Source: Candidatus Binatia bacterium (GTDB lineage Bacteria; Patescibacteriota; Patescibacteriia; SG8-24). From it: a DNA stretch of 64,000 nucleotides. Positions 46,710 through 57,700 of this stretch are shown in pieces (within the stretch, counting starts at the first letter, position 1; the number at the start of each line of letters is the position of its first letter). The notes beneath the pieces are model-generated. The model was not told the origin of the DNA. It did not search any database and saw nothing but the letters and a program-made list of their open reading frames with translations. The stretch is taken from assembly GCA_035495855.1 (NCBI GenBank), contig DATJFD010000076.1, positions 7,185 through 71,184 on the forward strand, read 5' to 3'. A program made the translations under genes and the position numbers.

Positions 46710-47820
46710 TTATTTCTTCATTTGATCCTTGAGCCAGGCCTCGACGAACGCGTCCAGATCGCCGCCGAGCACGCCCTGGGTGTCGGTCGTCTCGTGCTTG
46801 GTGCGGTGGTCCTTCACCATCTGGTACGGATGGAGGACGTACGAGCGGATCTGGTTCCCCCACTCCGCGCTCGTGAACTCGCCGCGCAGCTTCTTCTTCT
46901 CCGCGGCCCGCTCCTCGAGGTACTGCTTATGGAGCTTGGCGCGCAGGATGCGCATGGCGGTCTCCTTGTTCTGCGTCTGCGAGCGCTCGTTCTGGCAGGT
47001 GACGACGATGCCCGTCGGCAGGTGGGTGATGCGCACGGCCGAGTAGGTCGTCTGCACGCCCTGGCCCCCGTGGCCGCCCGCGAGATAGGTGTCGATGCGC
47101 AGGTCCTGGGGATCGATCTTCACCTCTTTGATCTCTCCCAGTTCCGGCAGGACCTCGAGCAGCGCGAAGGAGGTCTGGCGCAGCGCGTCCGAGTTGAACG
47201 GCGACTGCCTGACCAGGCGATGCACGCCGGCCTCTGCCTTGAAATGTCCGTAAGCGTAGCGGCCCTCGATGGATAGCGTCGCGCTCTTGATGCCGGCTTC
47301 AGTGCCGCGGCTCTCGTCGAGCATCTTCACGGTCCAGCCTTTCCGCTCGGCGTAGCGCATGTACATGCGGAGCAGCATCTCGGCCCAGTCCTGCGCGTCG
47401 GTGCCGCCCGCGCCCGCATGGATGGCGATGATGGCGTCGCGTTCGTCGTACTCCTCGCCCATGAGCGTCGCGAACTCGAGGGACGCGAAGTCCTTCTTGA
47501 GCCCGGCGAGCTTTTCGTTGATGTCGGCCTCGGCGTCGGCGTCGACCTCCGACTCTTCCATGAGCAGCTTCGCGAAGGCCTGCAGGTCCGCGGACTCGGT
47601 CCGCAGCCGCTCCCATTTGCCGTAGTAGTCCTTGAGGTCGGCGAGCTTGCGGCTCACTTGCTGCGCGTGGGACTGGTCCTTCCAGAAGTCGGGCTGCTGC
47701 GTTTCCCACTCGGTCGCTTCTATCTCTTTCGCGGTCTTGTCCAGGTCAAAGTAACCCCCAAGTATCGGAGACCTTGCGCACAAGTTCCTCGATGTCCTGG
47801 AGGTTTTGTTTATTCACCAT
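46710..47820 (-). CDS. prfB: peptide chain release factor 2, with programmed +1 frameshift
   Basis: Frame 0 is ATG 47820 ... MVNKQNLQDIEELVRKVSDTWGLL, then CTT TGA C (47751-47745). After a +1 shift it continues DLDKTAKEIEA... through the 46710..47747 ORF. An SD-like GGGGG lies 3 nt upstream of CTT. SPF and GGQ motifs (QSPFNS, GGHGGQGVQTT) are present. Coordinates: complement(join(46710..47747,47749..47820)). Confidence 0.9.
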
Positions 47821-47845
47821 ATGCGTCGAGCTTCGAGCTCCGAGG

Positions 47846-48163
47846 TTAGAGGTTGATCTTCTTGGCGTACCTTCCGAGGACGGGCAATTCCCATTGCCGG
47901 CCCGCGAGCGCCTGCAGCATGCCGTAGAGCGAGGCGATGGCCGGGACGGCGAGCGCGAACCAGCCGATGAACGGCACGGCGGAGAACAGCGCCTCGATCA
48001 CGAACAGCACGATGCCCTGGCGGACGTGGAACTGCAGGAAGGGCGATTTCTTGCGCGCCAGGAAGAGCGGGATGACGAAGAAGATGCCGATGTAGGCGAT
48101 GGCCGCGAGGAAGCGCTCGTTGTCGCGGTCCTTGTCGCCGGTCGGGTACGTTTGGTCGGGCAT
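47846..48163 (-). CDS. small membrane protein (DUF4870-like)
   Basis: 105 aa. ERFLAAIAYIGIFFVIPLFLARKKSPFLQFHVRQGIVLFVIEALFSAV matches the pattern of the small 3-TM DUF4870/TM2-like family. Confidence 0.6.
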   Translation of the reverse strand: MPDQTYPTGDKDRDNERFLAAIAYIGIFFVIPLFLARKKSPFLQFHVRQGIVLFVIEALFSAVPFIGWFALAVPAIASLYGMLQALAGRQWELPVLGRYAKKINL

Positions 48164-48269
48164 AGTGACGTCATTGTAGCGCTTCTTTCGCTGAGTTTCA
48201 AGGAAAAAATATGAGTCCTTATGAGCCGGCCGGCGGGAGACGGCTTGCGGCGGCTTTCATGTATGTACC

Positions 48270-48453
48270 CCGCGGGTCCTGTCACGGTCCACCCCCAATG
48301 GGTGCTCGGGACTCGGCCCTGCGCGCCCATTGGGGGACCCCCGGACCGTGCCACCCGCGGTCCTTGGACCGGCGCTCTCAGGAAATGGGGGCGGAAAGGA
48401 AATCCGGCCTGCGTGTCGCGGACGATCGCCTATGCACGGAAGGGCCGGATTTC
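48270..48453. other. two long imperfect hairpins in a 360-nt non-coding gap (candidate ncRNA, strand unknown)
   Basis: Hairpin A (48270-48360) stacks three helices: CCGCGGGT/ACCCGCGG, ACGGTCC/GGACCGT and CCCCCAATGGG/CCCATTGGGGG. Hairpin B (48399-48453) has an 11-bp stem GAAATCCGGCC/GGCCGGATTTC. Confidence 0.25.
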
Positions 48454-48498
48454 TCGCAGGATCTCAAAACTCAGCTTCGATGGTGCGGCTTTATTGTA

Positions 48499-48524
48499 TG
48501 AAAAAACCCGCGGTGTAGGCGGGT
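48499..48524 (-). terminator. rho-independent terminator (minus strand)
   Basis: On the - strand: ACCCGC ctacacc GCGGGT TTTTTCAT, directly after the stop at 48524-48526. Confidence 0.5.
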
Positions 48525-48835
48525 CAGCTCGCGGCCGAGGCCGGAGAGAGGGCGAGATCGAGCTCGCGGTGGAGAGAGGCGACGATGCGACGCTGCAGCG
48601 TGAAGTGCGGCGTCTCGGTGCCGTTCGCCCAGCGCAGGACGCTGTGCGGCGAGCATTCGAACTCGACGGCGAGCTCGCGGATGAGGGAGGTCCCCTCGTT
48701 CCAGAGCGTCATGAGGAAGAGCGTGTTCTGCATGCAGACCTTGAACGGAAGCCCCGCGGGGCTCCAGCGCTCGATCTGGCTCATGAACTTGCGGGCGTCC
48801 AATTCAAGGTGCACGGAGGTGTCTGATGCTTCCAT
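48524..48835 (-). CDS. hypothetical protein, possible helix-turn-helix
   Basis: 103 aa. IRELAVEFECSPHSVLRWANG looks like an HTH recognition region. No family was recognised with confidence. Confidence 0.4.
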   Translation of the reverse strand: MEASDTSVHLELDARKFMSQIERWSPAGLPFKVCMQNTLFLMTLWNEGTSLIRELAVEFECSPHSVLRWANGTETPHFTLQRRIVASLHRELDLALSPASAAS

Positions 48836-48881
48836 GGTCGGTTACCTCGTGGGCTCAACCTTGCAGAAAAATGACGATCTG

Positions 48882-49100
48882 TCAACCCCCATCGGGACCG
48901 TCCTGCCCGCCGCGCTTGCCGCTCCTGGCGGCGAGCCTGAAGAGGACGACCATGTCGAGCACGAAGAGCGCGCAGCCGATGGCGACCGCGGGCTTCGGGC
49001 CCAGGAAACGCCACAGGACGGCGGTCAGCATGATGATGAGGATGGGCAGATACCGGAACACCGCGAAGTACGCAAGCATCGCCTTGGATCGCTTTTCCAT
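48882..49100 (-). CDS. small membrane protein (2 TM)
   Basis: Start re-picked at MEKRSKAMLAYFAVFRYLPILIIMLTAVLW, with GGGGAG 7 nt upstream. 72 aa. Confidence 0.45.
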   Translation of the reverse strand: MEKRSKAMLAYFAVFRYLPILIIMLTAVLWRFLGPKPAVAIGCALFVLDMVVLFRLAARSGKRGGQDGPDGG

Positions 49101-49159
49101 CGAGTTCTCCCCTTGGTCGAAAGAGCCTGCCAAGGCTACCGAGAACCCCTGCAAAACGC

Positions 49160-49185
49160 AAAAACGGCCCTTTCGGACCGTTTTT
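49160..49185. terminator. bidirectional terminator downstream of groEL
   Basis: AAAAACGGCCC tttc GGACCGTTTTT. Confidence 0.6.
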
Positions 49186-49198
49186 GGCTTGGTTGAGC

Positions 49199-50921
<1,723 letters not shown>

Positions 50922-50926
50922 TGAAA

Positions 50927-51217
50927 TTATTGAAGGACCGCCAGGATGTCCGACTCCTCGAGGATGAGGAGCTCGGCGCCGTCCACCTTGATCTCGTCGG
51001 GGGAATACTTCTTGAAGACGACCTTGTCGCCGGCCTTCACGGTCATGGCGGCGCGCTGGCCGTTCTCGAGCATCTTGCCGGGGCCGGTCGCGACGACCTC
51101 GCCCTTCTCCGGCTTCTCCTTCTCGACGGTGTCGGGAATGATGATGCCCGCCTTCGTCGCCTGCTCCTCGGAGAGCGGCTTCACGAGCACCCTGTCGTTC
51201 AGCGGTTTCACCTGCAT
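50927..51217 (-). CDS. groS: co-chaperonin GroES
   Basis: Start re-picked at [30 protein letters not shown]. 96 aa. Confidence 0.95.
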   Translation of the reverse strand: MQVKPLNDRVLVKPLSEEQATKAGIIIPDTVEKEKPEKGEVVATGPGKMLENGQRAAMTVKAGDKVVFKKYSPDEIKVDGAELLILEESDILAVLQ

Positions 51218-51338
51218 ACGAATGATGAAAGTTTCGGTTGAGTTACGCGCAAAAGAATATACCGTTAGCACTCGAAATAGTCGAGTGCCAATATGATAAA
51301 AAATCCTGACGAAGTGTCAAGAACCGTCCGACAGGCGG

Positions 51339-52683
51339 TCAGCGGGCCTTTTTGAGGTCGAGATAGGCGGCATGGAGGAGGCCGGCGACGCACCAGAACA
51401 ATAGCTGGCCGAACCAGGAGCTCCACAGGAAATGGTCGAAGAGGGAGGCGACGAGCATGGCGAGGAAGGCCGCGGCGTAGACGGTGACGCCGGACGAGAC
51501 CGCGGACTTGTGCATGAGCCGGTCGCGGACCACGAGCAGCGTCGCGCCGACGAAGCCGAGCCAGGCGATCAGGCCGAGGATGCCGGTCTCGACGGCCACG
51601 AGCACGGGGACGTTGTGCACATAGTCGTACTGCCACCAGTTGCGCGCGTTGGCGGATTCGCGGGCCAGCGCGAGCGGCATCTGGCCGATGCCGACGCCGG
51701 TGAAGAGATGGTCGGCGAGCAGCGACATGGCGTCGGTGTACTGGTTGCCGCGGTCCCCTATCGACTGCGCTTCCAGCCTTCCGTTCGCCGTCGCGCGGGT
51801 GAGCAGCGGGTCGCCGTAAAAGAGCGCAAGCGCCGCCGCGGTCACCGCGATGATGATGAACGACGGGACGAGCACGCGGCGGTATTCCGGCGCGGCCACG
51901 CTGCCGTAGGCGCTCACCACCATCCAGAGGAAGCCCGCGGCGACGCCGAGGATGGCGCTCCGCGAGAACGAGAACAGCAGGCCGGCGGCGATGAGCGGCA
52001 TGAGCGCGTAGAAGCGGGTGTGCCGGCCGTGCCCGCGGTAGGCCGCGAGCGCGATGCACATGAGCAGGCCGATGCCGACGTAGAGACCGAAGATGTTCGG
52101 ATGCGAGAGCGAGCCGTAGGCGCGCAGCCAGCGGCCGGATCCCGTCTCGACGACGAAGGCGCCGAGCTGGTCGGCGGAGTGCGTGGCCATGCCGAGCCAC
52201 TTCGAAGCGAACGCCGATTGCGTGAAGAACTGGTAGCCGCCGAGCGCGACCTGGAAGACCGCGCCGCCGACGAAGCCGGTCAGCACTTCGCGCGGGTCCG
52301 GGCGGAACATCTGGATGGCGAGGAAGACGGCCACGGCGGTCACGGCGAACGAGGCGGAGGTCAGCCCCGCGAGCGCGTCCTGGGCCTGGAAGGACGACAG
52401 CATCGCCGCGAGCGCGACGCAGGCGGCGAACATGCCGGCGGGGCGGCGGACCGCGTCCGTGACCCCCTTCCAGCCGTACGCGCCGAACACGAGCGCGGCG
52501 AACGCGATGGCGACGAGCTGCATGCCGAAGACGCTGACCGTGCCCGGCTCGACCGGGTGGCCGGCGATGCTCCCGGTCTTGAGGATCCATCGCGTGCCGC
52601 TCGGCGCGAAGGCCACGAGCACGGTGAAGACCAGCGAGGTGATCTCGCGGAGGGTGAACGTCCGTTTTTTGAGGACGGCCATG
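51339..52683 (-). CDS. O-antigen ligase/polymerase (Wzy_C) family membrane protein
   Basis: ATG at 52683 (MAVLKKRTF); the track start at 52691 is a TTG. At least 10 TM helices. The box FSFSRSAILGVAAGFL is typical of the Wzy_C/O-antigen ligase loop region. Confidence 0.7.
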
Positions 52684-52687
52684 GGGT

Positions 52688-53695
52688 TCAAGCTTCGAGT
52701 GCCGAGCTTCGAGCTTCAAGCTTCGAGCTTCGAGCTTCGAGCTTGGAGCTTGGAGCTTGGAGCTTTTCCACCGTCGGCGCGTCCAAACCCAGTTCGCGCA
52801 ATTTCGCTTCGAAGAGCGCCTGGTATTCGGCCCGGCGGTCGTTGACGTGGAACTTGAGCACGCCGTCCGTCACGACGACGCGGCTGTCCTTGTTGGCCAT
52901 GGCCGCGATGTCGGGCGGGAACATGCGCGTCTGCAGGCGACGGAGCGGCGCTTCGGCCAGACGCAGGAGCGGGAGGAGGGGCGAGGTCCAGCGCGGCGCG
53001 CCGGCGCGCAGCTTGCGGGCGGAAGGCGCCGAGGCTCCGGGGAGCCGCTCGCGCACCCAGGCGTTGGCCGCCGAGAACCGCGCGAAGGCGCCTCCCGCGT
53101 CGTAGAGCGGCACGAGCGTCGCCGTCCAGTAGCGGAGGTAGGTGTCATCGGGAGCGAGCGCGAAGCGGGAAAGGTCCTGTTCGGGCTCGGCCACGTAGAA
53201 GCTCATGCAGACCTTGTCGGCGTGCGTATGCTCGTCCGGCCGCAGCCCCAGCGCGGCGAGCGCGCTCGCGACCACGAACCGCGTGGCCCAGACGGTGCCG
53301 GGCCGCGCCACGACGAACATGTCGATGTCGCTCTCCTCGTCCGCGCCGGAGATCGCCAGGCTGTTGCAGACGGCCGCGAGCCGCACGGACGGCAGCAGGC
53401 GCAGGAACCGCGCGACGCGGCGGGCGCGGGCGAACTTCTTCTCCGACAGGCGGTGCCGGCGCTCGCGTTCGGCGACGAGTTCGTCGCGGCCGGCGAGATG
53501 CCAGAACCCGTCGCGGCCGCCGAACGCGGGATCGTCGAGCGCGTCGAGCGCGTCCGCGGCCGTCGGCGCCTCACCCGTCTCGCCCGGGAAACGGTAACGA
53601 TGCCGCAGGAGCTCGGCGAGCGTCAGCGGATGGTCGAAGAGGTCGAAATAGGCGAGGGTCGCGGCGAGCGAGCGGCGGAGGGCCGGCGTCTCCAT
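52688..53695 (-). CDS. putative nucleotidyltransferase-fold protein
   Basis: Start at METPALRRSL (ATG 53695); a GTG at 53734 is also open. GADEESDIDMFVV resembles the G[SA]x9-12DxD nucleotidyltransferase motif. The C-terminal 20 aa derive from the heptamer array. Confidence 0.5.
   Translation of the reverse strand: METPALRRSLAATLAYFDLFDHPLTLAELLRHRYRFPGETGEAPTAADALDALDDPAFGGRDGFWHLAGRDELVAERERRHRLSEKKFARARRVARFLRLLPSVRLAAVCNSLAISGADEESDIDMFVVARPGTVWATRFVVASALAALGLRPDEHTHADKVCMSFYVAEPEQDLSRFALAPDDTYLRYWTATLVPLYDAGGAFARFSAANAWVRERLPGASAPSARKLRAGAPRWTSPLLPLLRLAEAPLRRLQTRMFPPDIAAMANKDSRVVVTDGVLKFHVNDRRAEYQALFEAKLRELGLDAPTVEKLQAPSSKLEARSSKLEARSSALEA
52691..52767. repeat. eleven tandem heptamers (AGCTTCG/AGCTTGG), direct array
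   Basis: AGCTTCG AGTGCCG AGCTTCG AGCTTCA AGCTTCG AGCTTCG AGCTTCG AGCTTGG AGCTTGG AGCTTGG AGCTTTT. On the - strand it encodes the C-terminal ...KLQAPSSKLEARSSKLEARSSALEA of the 52688.. gene. Confidence 0.85.
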
Positions 53696-53742
53696 AACGA
53701 AAAGCGGGTGGACTTCCACCCGCCACTGTACCACCTACCGCG

Positions 53743-53807
53743 GAGAATTGAGAGTTGAGAGTTCAGGAATGAGAGCCTCTCGATTCTCAATTCTAAACTC
53801 TCATTTC
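53743..53807. repeat. heptamer-periodic inverted repeat (GAGAATT/GAGAGTT word family)
   Basis: Left arm GAGAATT GAGAGTT GAGAGTT CAGGAAT GAGAG. Right arm CTCTCGATTCTCAATTCTAAACTCTCATTTC. The right arm overlaps the stop of the PRC-barrel gene (53801). Confidence 0.7.
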
Positions 53808-54118
53808 TTCAAAGCCATGGTGCTCGTGCCGCCCGCGGCCGGCTCGGCCGCCCGCTTGGCCAGCTGCCGCGCCTCGGCGCGCTCCGTCACCGCCGCGTCC
53901 TCGACCACCATCATCTCCCCGTCGAGCGAGACCACCTGGCCCGGATGGACCAGCAGCTCGTCCGGCATGATGGACGACAGCAGGCTGGCCCGCGCCACGA
54001 CGTACTGCGCGACCTCGTGATGCTCGGCGTCGATGACGAAGGCGGCGAGCTTGCCCACCTTGTCCCCGCTCTTGGTGATGACCGGGATGCCCCGGAGGTC
54101 GGCGTCGCGATAGCGCAT
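53801..54118 (-). CDS. PRC-barrel domain protein
   Basis: 105 aa. LRGIPVITKSGDKVGKLAAFVIDAEHHEVAQYVV matches the PRC-barrel pattern (G..V....G..lG.v.d..id...g.v..l.v). Confidence 0.6.
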   Translation of the reverse strand: MRYRDADLRGIPVITKSGDKVGKLAAFVIDAEHHEVAQYVVARASLLSSIMPDELLVHPGQVVSLDGEMMVVEDAAVTERAEARQLAKRAAEPAAGGTSTMALKK

Positions 54119-54121
54119 AGC

Positions 54122-54877
54122 TCAGGTCTTCGAAGCGGCGGCCGCGGCGGCGTCCGGTCCCTTGTCGGCGTTGCGGAAATACACCTTCTGCTGCAGGACG
54201 GTCAGAAGGTTGGTCAGCAGCCAGTACAGCGCGAGGCCGCCCGGCAGCTTCCAGCCGAGGACGACGGTGAGCGCCGGCATCATGTACAGCATCTGCTTGT
54301 TCATCGTGGCGAGCATGTCCTCGTCCTTGGCCCCCGGGGTCTTCCTCGGCTGCTGCCGCGTGACCATCATCTTGGCCTGGAGGTACTGCGAGGCGCCGGC
54401 GAGGAGCGCGAGCGCGATGTTCGGCTTGGCCAGGTCGATGAAGCCGAAGAGCGACGGGACGATCGTCCCCGGGTTCGTCACGAAGGGGTAGAGCATCTCG
54501 AAGCCGTTCGACTTCAGGCCGTGCGACAGCGCCCGGTAGAGCGCGATGAACACCGGCAGCTGGATGAGCACCGGCAGGCACGACGAGAACGGCGAGACCT
54601 TCTCCTTCGAGTAGAGCGCCATCATCGCCTTGGCGAGCTCTTCCTGCTTCTCTTTGCCTTCGTACTCCTTCTTGAGCGCGTCGAGCTTCGGCTGGATGTC
54701 GGAGAGCGCCTTCTGCGAGCGCAGCGCGCCGTTCGACAGCGGCCAGAGCACGAGCTTGATGATGATCGTCAGCAGGATGATGGCGATGCCGAGGTCATGC
54801 CCCGGGATCGCGTCGTACAGGAAGATCAGCAGGTTGAAGATCGGCTGGTAGAAGATCGCCTGGAAGAAATGCGTCAT
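54122..54877 (-). CDS. yidC: membrane protein insertase YidC (short, Gram-positive type)
   Basis: Start re-picked at MTHFFQAIFYQPIFNLLIFLY. Motifs GIAIILLTIIIKLVLWPL, PKLDALKKEY, SSCLPVLIQLPVFIALY and GLALYWLLTNLLTVLQQ. Confidence 0.85.
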   Translation of the reverse strand: MTHFFQAIFYQPIFNLLIFLYDAIPGHDLGIAIILLTIIIKLVLWPLSNGALRSQKALSDIQPKLDALKKEYEGKEKQEELAKAMMALYSKEKVSPFSSCLPVLIQLPVFIALYRALSHGLKSNGFEMLYPFVTNPGTIVPSLFGFIDLAKPNIALALLAGASQYLQAKMMVTRQQPRKTPGAKDEDMLATMNKQMLYMMPALTVVLGWKLPGGLALYWLLTNLLTVLQQKVYFRNADKGPDAAAAAASKT

Positions 54878-54990
54878 ACGCGCTGCGGCGCCTTTCCGAT
54901 GCCCGCGATGCGGACGGCCGGACACGGGCGAGGCGTGGGATTACGGGAACCGGAACATCGTACTACGTCCTGTCGCGCGACACGAGCCTT

Positions 54991-56283
54991 CTATTCCGCG
55001 GCGGGCTCGGCCGTCTCGTCGGCGGCGCCCTTCTCCTCGGCGGCCTCGGCCTGGGCGACGGCGGACTCTTCCGGCGTCTCCGGCGTCCCTTCGGCCTCCT
55101 CGGCCTTGCCGCGCGCGCCTGACTCGCGGATGTTGATCTTCCAGCCGGTCAGGCGGGAGGCGAGGCGGACGTTCTGCCCGCCCTTGCCGATGGCAAGCGA
55201 GAGCTGGTCCTCGGGGACGATGACCTCGGCGGTGCGCATCTCCTCGCGCAGCTCGATGCTCGTGACCTTCGCCGGCGACAGCGAGTTCATGATGAACTTC
55301 TTGGGGTCCTCGTCGAACTGGATGATGTCGATCTTCTCGCCGCCGAGCTCTCCGATGACGGTCTGGATGCGCGTGCCGCGCTGGCCGATGCAGGAGCCGA
55401 TCGGGTCGACGTTCTCCTGGGTCGACGACACGGCGACCTTCGAGCGCGAACCGGCTTCGCGGGCGATGGCGTGGATCTTCACGACGCCGCCGGCGACCTC
55501 GGGGATCTCGAGGGTGAAGAGCTTGCGGACGATCTCGGGGTGGGCGCGGGAGACGACGACCTCCGGGCCGCGGGTGGTCATGCGGACGTCGGTGACGAAC
55601 ACCTTGATGCGGTCGCCCGGCATGTAGCGCTCGGTCATGATCTGCTCCTCCGGCGGCATCACCGCGGTGGTGCGGCCGAGGTCGATGAGGACCGCGCGGC
55701 CCTCGCGGCGCTGCACGGTGGCGTTGATGAGCTCGCGCTCGCGCTCCTTGAACTCGCCGAACAGCTTGTTGCGCTCGGCCTCGCGGAGCTTCTGGATGAT
55801 GACCTGCTTGGCGGTCTGCGCGGCCATGCGTCCGAAGGCGGCCGGCACCTCGAGCTTGGTGCGGATCTCATCGCCGAGCTCCGCGTCCTTCTTCAGCGTC
55901 TCGCGGGCGGCGGTGACCATGATCTCGGTCTTGGGGTTGAACTTCTTCTCGATGATCGGGTTGCCGGCCTCGTCGAGCAGCGGCGGCGCGGGCGGCGTCG
56001 CGGGCTCCATCCTGTCCATGCGGCGGCCCGGCCTCTCCTCTTCCTCGGGGGCCTCGAGCTCCTCCGGCGGCAGCTCCTGGTCCTCGACCACCGTCTTCAC
56101 GTCGAACACCTCGAAATCGCCCGTCTCGGCGTCGAAGACGACCTTTGCGTTCTGGTTCTTCTGACCGAAGTCCTTGCGGTACGCGGCCGCGAGGGCGGCC
56201 TCGATCGTCTCGATGACCGACTCGGCGGAGATGTTCTTCTCGTCGCTGATCTGCTTGATGGCCTGCAGTATCGGGGATGACAT
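54991..56283 (-). CDS. nusA: transcription termination/antitermination factor NusA
   Basis: Start re-picked at MSSPILQAIKQISDEKNISAESVIETIEAALAAAYRK. S1 domain and two KH domains (GSCIGQRGTRIQ, LAIGKGGQNVRLA), with an acidic C-terminal tail. The 831-aa track ORF is this gene plus a spurious upstream run. Confidence 0.9.
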   Translation of the reverse strand: MSSPILQAIKQISDEKNISAESVIETIEAALAAAYRKDFGQKNQNAKVVFDAETGDFEVFDVKTVVEDQELPPEELEAPEEEERPGRRMDRMEPATPPAPPLLDEAGNPIIEKKFNPKTEIMVTAARETLKKDAELGDEIRTKLEVPAAFGRMAAQTAKQVIIQKLREAERNKLFGEFKERERELINATVQRREGRAVLIDLGRTTAVMPPEEQIMTERYMPGDRIKVFVTDVRMTTRGPEVVVSRAHPEIVRKLFTLEIPEVAGGVVKIHAIAREAGSRSKVAVSSTQENVDPIGSCIGQRGTRIQTVIGELGGEKIDIIQFDEDPKKFIMNSLSPAKVTSIELREEMRTAEVIVPEDQLSLAIGKGGQNVRLASRLTGWKINIRESGARGKAEEAEGTPETPEESAVAQAEAAEEKGAADETAEPAAE

Positions 56284-56369
56284 AGCGTCGTGGGCTTTTG
56301 TGCGCGAATGCGCGTTTTGAGGTAAAAAAATGACCAGTTTCATGCAGAAACAGGTCGATAGAGGGGACT

Positions 56370-56957
56370 CTACACCACTTCGAGGGGCCGCGCAAGGGCC
56401 GACGCGCAGAGCAGGTTGAACCGGTGCTCCATGCGGTCGAAGTGGCCGTTCGCCAGGTGGGGCGAGGCGCGGACCAGGTCCCGTTCGTCGCGGAAGAACT
56501 GCTCGACGGCGCCCTGGTCCACCTTTCCTTCGAGCATGCCGCGCTGGTACAGGCGCGCGACGCGGGCGATGTCGGCGTCGGACATGGACCCGAGGTAGCG
56601 CGCCGCTTCGGCGCGCTTCCGTTCCAGGTGGCCCTCCACGACGGCGAAGGTCGCGAGCTCGCGGGCGGCCCGCAGGCCTTCCTGCCCGAGCTCCTCGGCC
56701 ATGCGCTTCTCGAGCCCGTCGCGGAACTCGACGGCGGTCTCCAGGTCTCCCATGGCGCGCGCGTAGCGGTCGAGCCGGCGCGCATCGGGATCGAAGGCGT
56801 GCCGGAGCGAGGTGAACGCGCGCCGCAGGGCCAGCCGGACGAACGTCCGCCGGAACACGAAGGCCTCGTAGGAAGGCACGTGCTGGTGGATGAGCGCGGC
56901 GGTCGCCATGGCGGCGAGCGCGATGCAAAAGAAGACGGGTGCGGTGCTGGCGTCCAT
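56370..56957 (-). CDS. hypothetical membrane-anchored helical protein
   Basis: Start re-picked at MDASTAPVFFCIALAAMATAALI (TM helix), then an Arg/Glu/Ala-rich helical region. Confidence 0.45.
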   Translation of the reverse strand: MDASTAPVFFCIALAAMATAALIHQHVPSYEAFVFRRTFVRLALRRAFTSLRHAFDPDARRLDRYARAMGDLETAVEFRDGLEKRMAEELGQEGLRAARELATFAVVEGHLERKRAEAARYLGSMSDADIARVARLYQRGMLEGKVDQGAVEQFFRDERDLVRASPHLANGHFDRMEHRFNLLCASALARPLEVV

Positions 56958-57068
56958 CGGACGGTGCTCCTCTCTGAAAAGGACTTGACGCGCACCGTAC
57001 GCCGGATATCGCGGACTGTAAAGCCTGCGAGGCAAAAGAAAAGCCCCCGTGAAGCACGGGGGCTGCGG

Positions 57069-57626
57069 TCATGTGGCCTCGGGCCGGGCCGCGAACCGGG
57101 CGGTCAGGCGCTTCGCGTGGTCGGCGGCGAATTCCGGCGAGCCGGAGATGAGGGCGCGTTCCTCTTCGAGGAAAGCGCGGAGGTCCTCGGCGGGCCGCCG
57201 CCCCTGGAACAGGTCGGCGTTCAGCCGGTCTGCGATGTCGCCGACGACCTCGGCGCCGAGGCCGCGCATGTATTCCTGCGCGACGACCTGCATGCCCTGG
57301 TAGCGGGCGTCCACGTCCTCGGCGAGCGCGTCGAGGAAGCGCGCCGCGGCGTCGCCGGCTTCCCGGCGGTCGCGCGCGATCTTGTCGCGCTGCGCGCGCA
57401 GGACGAGCAGGCTGCCGAAGATCGACAGGTAGTGGTCGACCGACTCCTGCCGCCGGCGGTAGGCGGGATCCCGGAAGCGCTTCCACGCTTCGGGGCGCGA
57501 CCGCAGCCAGCCGCGGAGCCGCCCGTACAGGTAGACGTTCGACGGCCAGGCCGCCTTCGTCACGAGCGCGAACGCGAGGATGGAAATGGCGAGCACCGCG
57601 GCCGCCTGCAAGTACAGAGCCGTCAT
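57069..57626 (-). CDS. hypothetical membrane-anchored helical protein
   Basis: MTALYLQAAAVLAISILAFALV (TM helix), then an Arg/Asp/Ala-rich helical region. 185 aa. Confidence 0.45.
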   Translation of the reverse strand: MTALYLQAAAVLAISILAFALVTKAAWPSNVYLYGRLRGWLRSRPEAWKRFRDPAYRRRQESVDHYLSIFGSLLVLRAQRDKIARDRREAGDAAARFLDALAEDVDARYQGMQVVAQEYMRGLGAEVVGDIADRLNADLFQGRRPAEDLRAFLEEERALISGSPEFAADHAKRLTARFAARPEAT

Positions 57627-57700
57627 GGGTCGCCTCCTTTCGGGACGTGAAAGTACGTCACTTGCGTCGTAGCACCAACGGGCCGCACGGTCAATGCTAA

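Noticed and set aside
47821-47845. Short GTCGAGCTTCGAGCTCCGAGG segment between prfB and the upstream gene as another periodic hairpin.
   Set aside because: Only about 3 units with a 5-bp possible stem are present. That is too short to distinguish from chance, although the words belong to the AGCTTCG family.
48221-48826. 201-aa plus-strand ORF across the long intergenic gap and antisense to the 48524..48835 gene.
   Set aside because: It has an Arg/Gly/Pro-rich composition, spans the strong hairpins and a terminator, and has no RBS or recognisable motif.
54991-57486. 831-aa ORF suggesting a giant NusA fusion.
   Set aside because: Only the last 430 aa (from MSSPILQAIKQ, ATG 56283) look like NusA. 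The upstream 400 aa are Arg/Pro/Gly-rich and overlap two better minus-strand genes in another frame (56370..56957, 57069..57626).
56370-57626. The two membrane-anchored helical proteins upstream of nusA as paralogues or a toxin-antitoxin-like pair.
   Set aside because: They share only composition (Arg/Ala/Asp/Glu-rich helices after one TM segment). No alignable motif was found by eye, and their sizes and arrangement do not fit TA modules.
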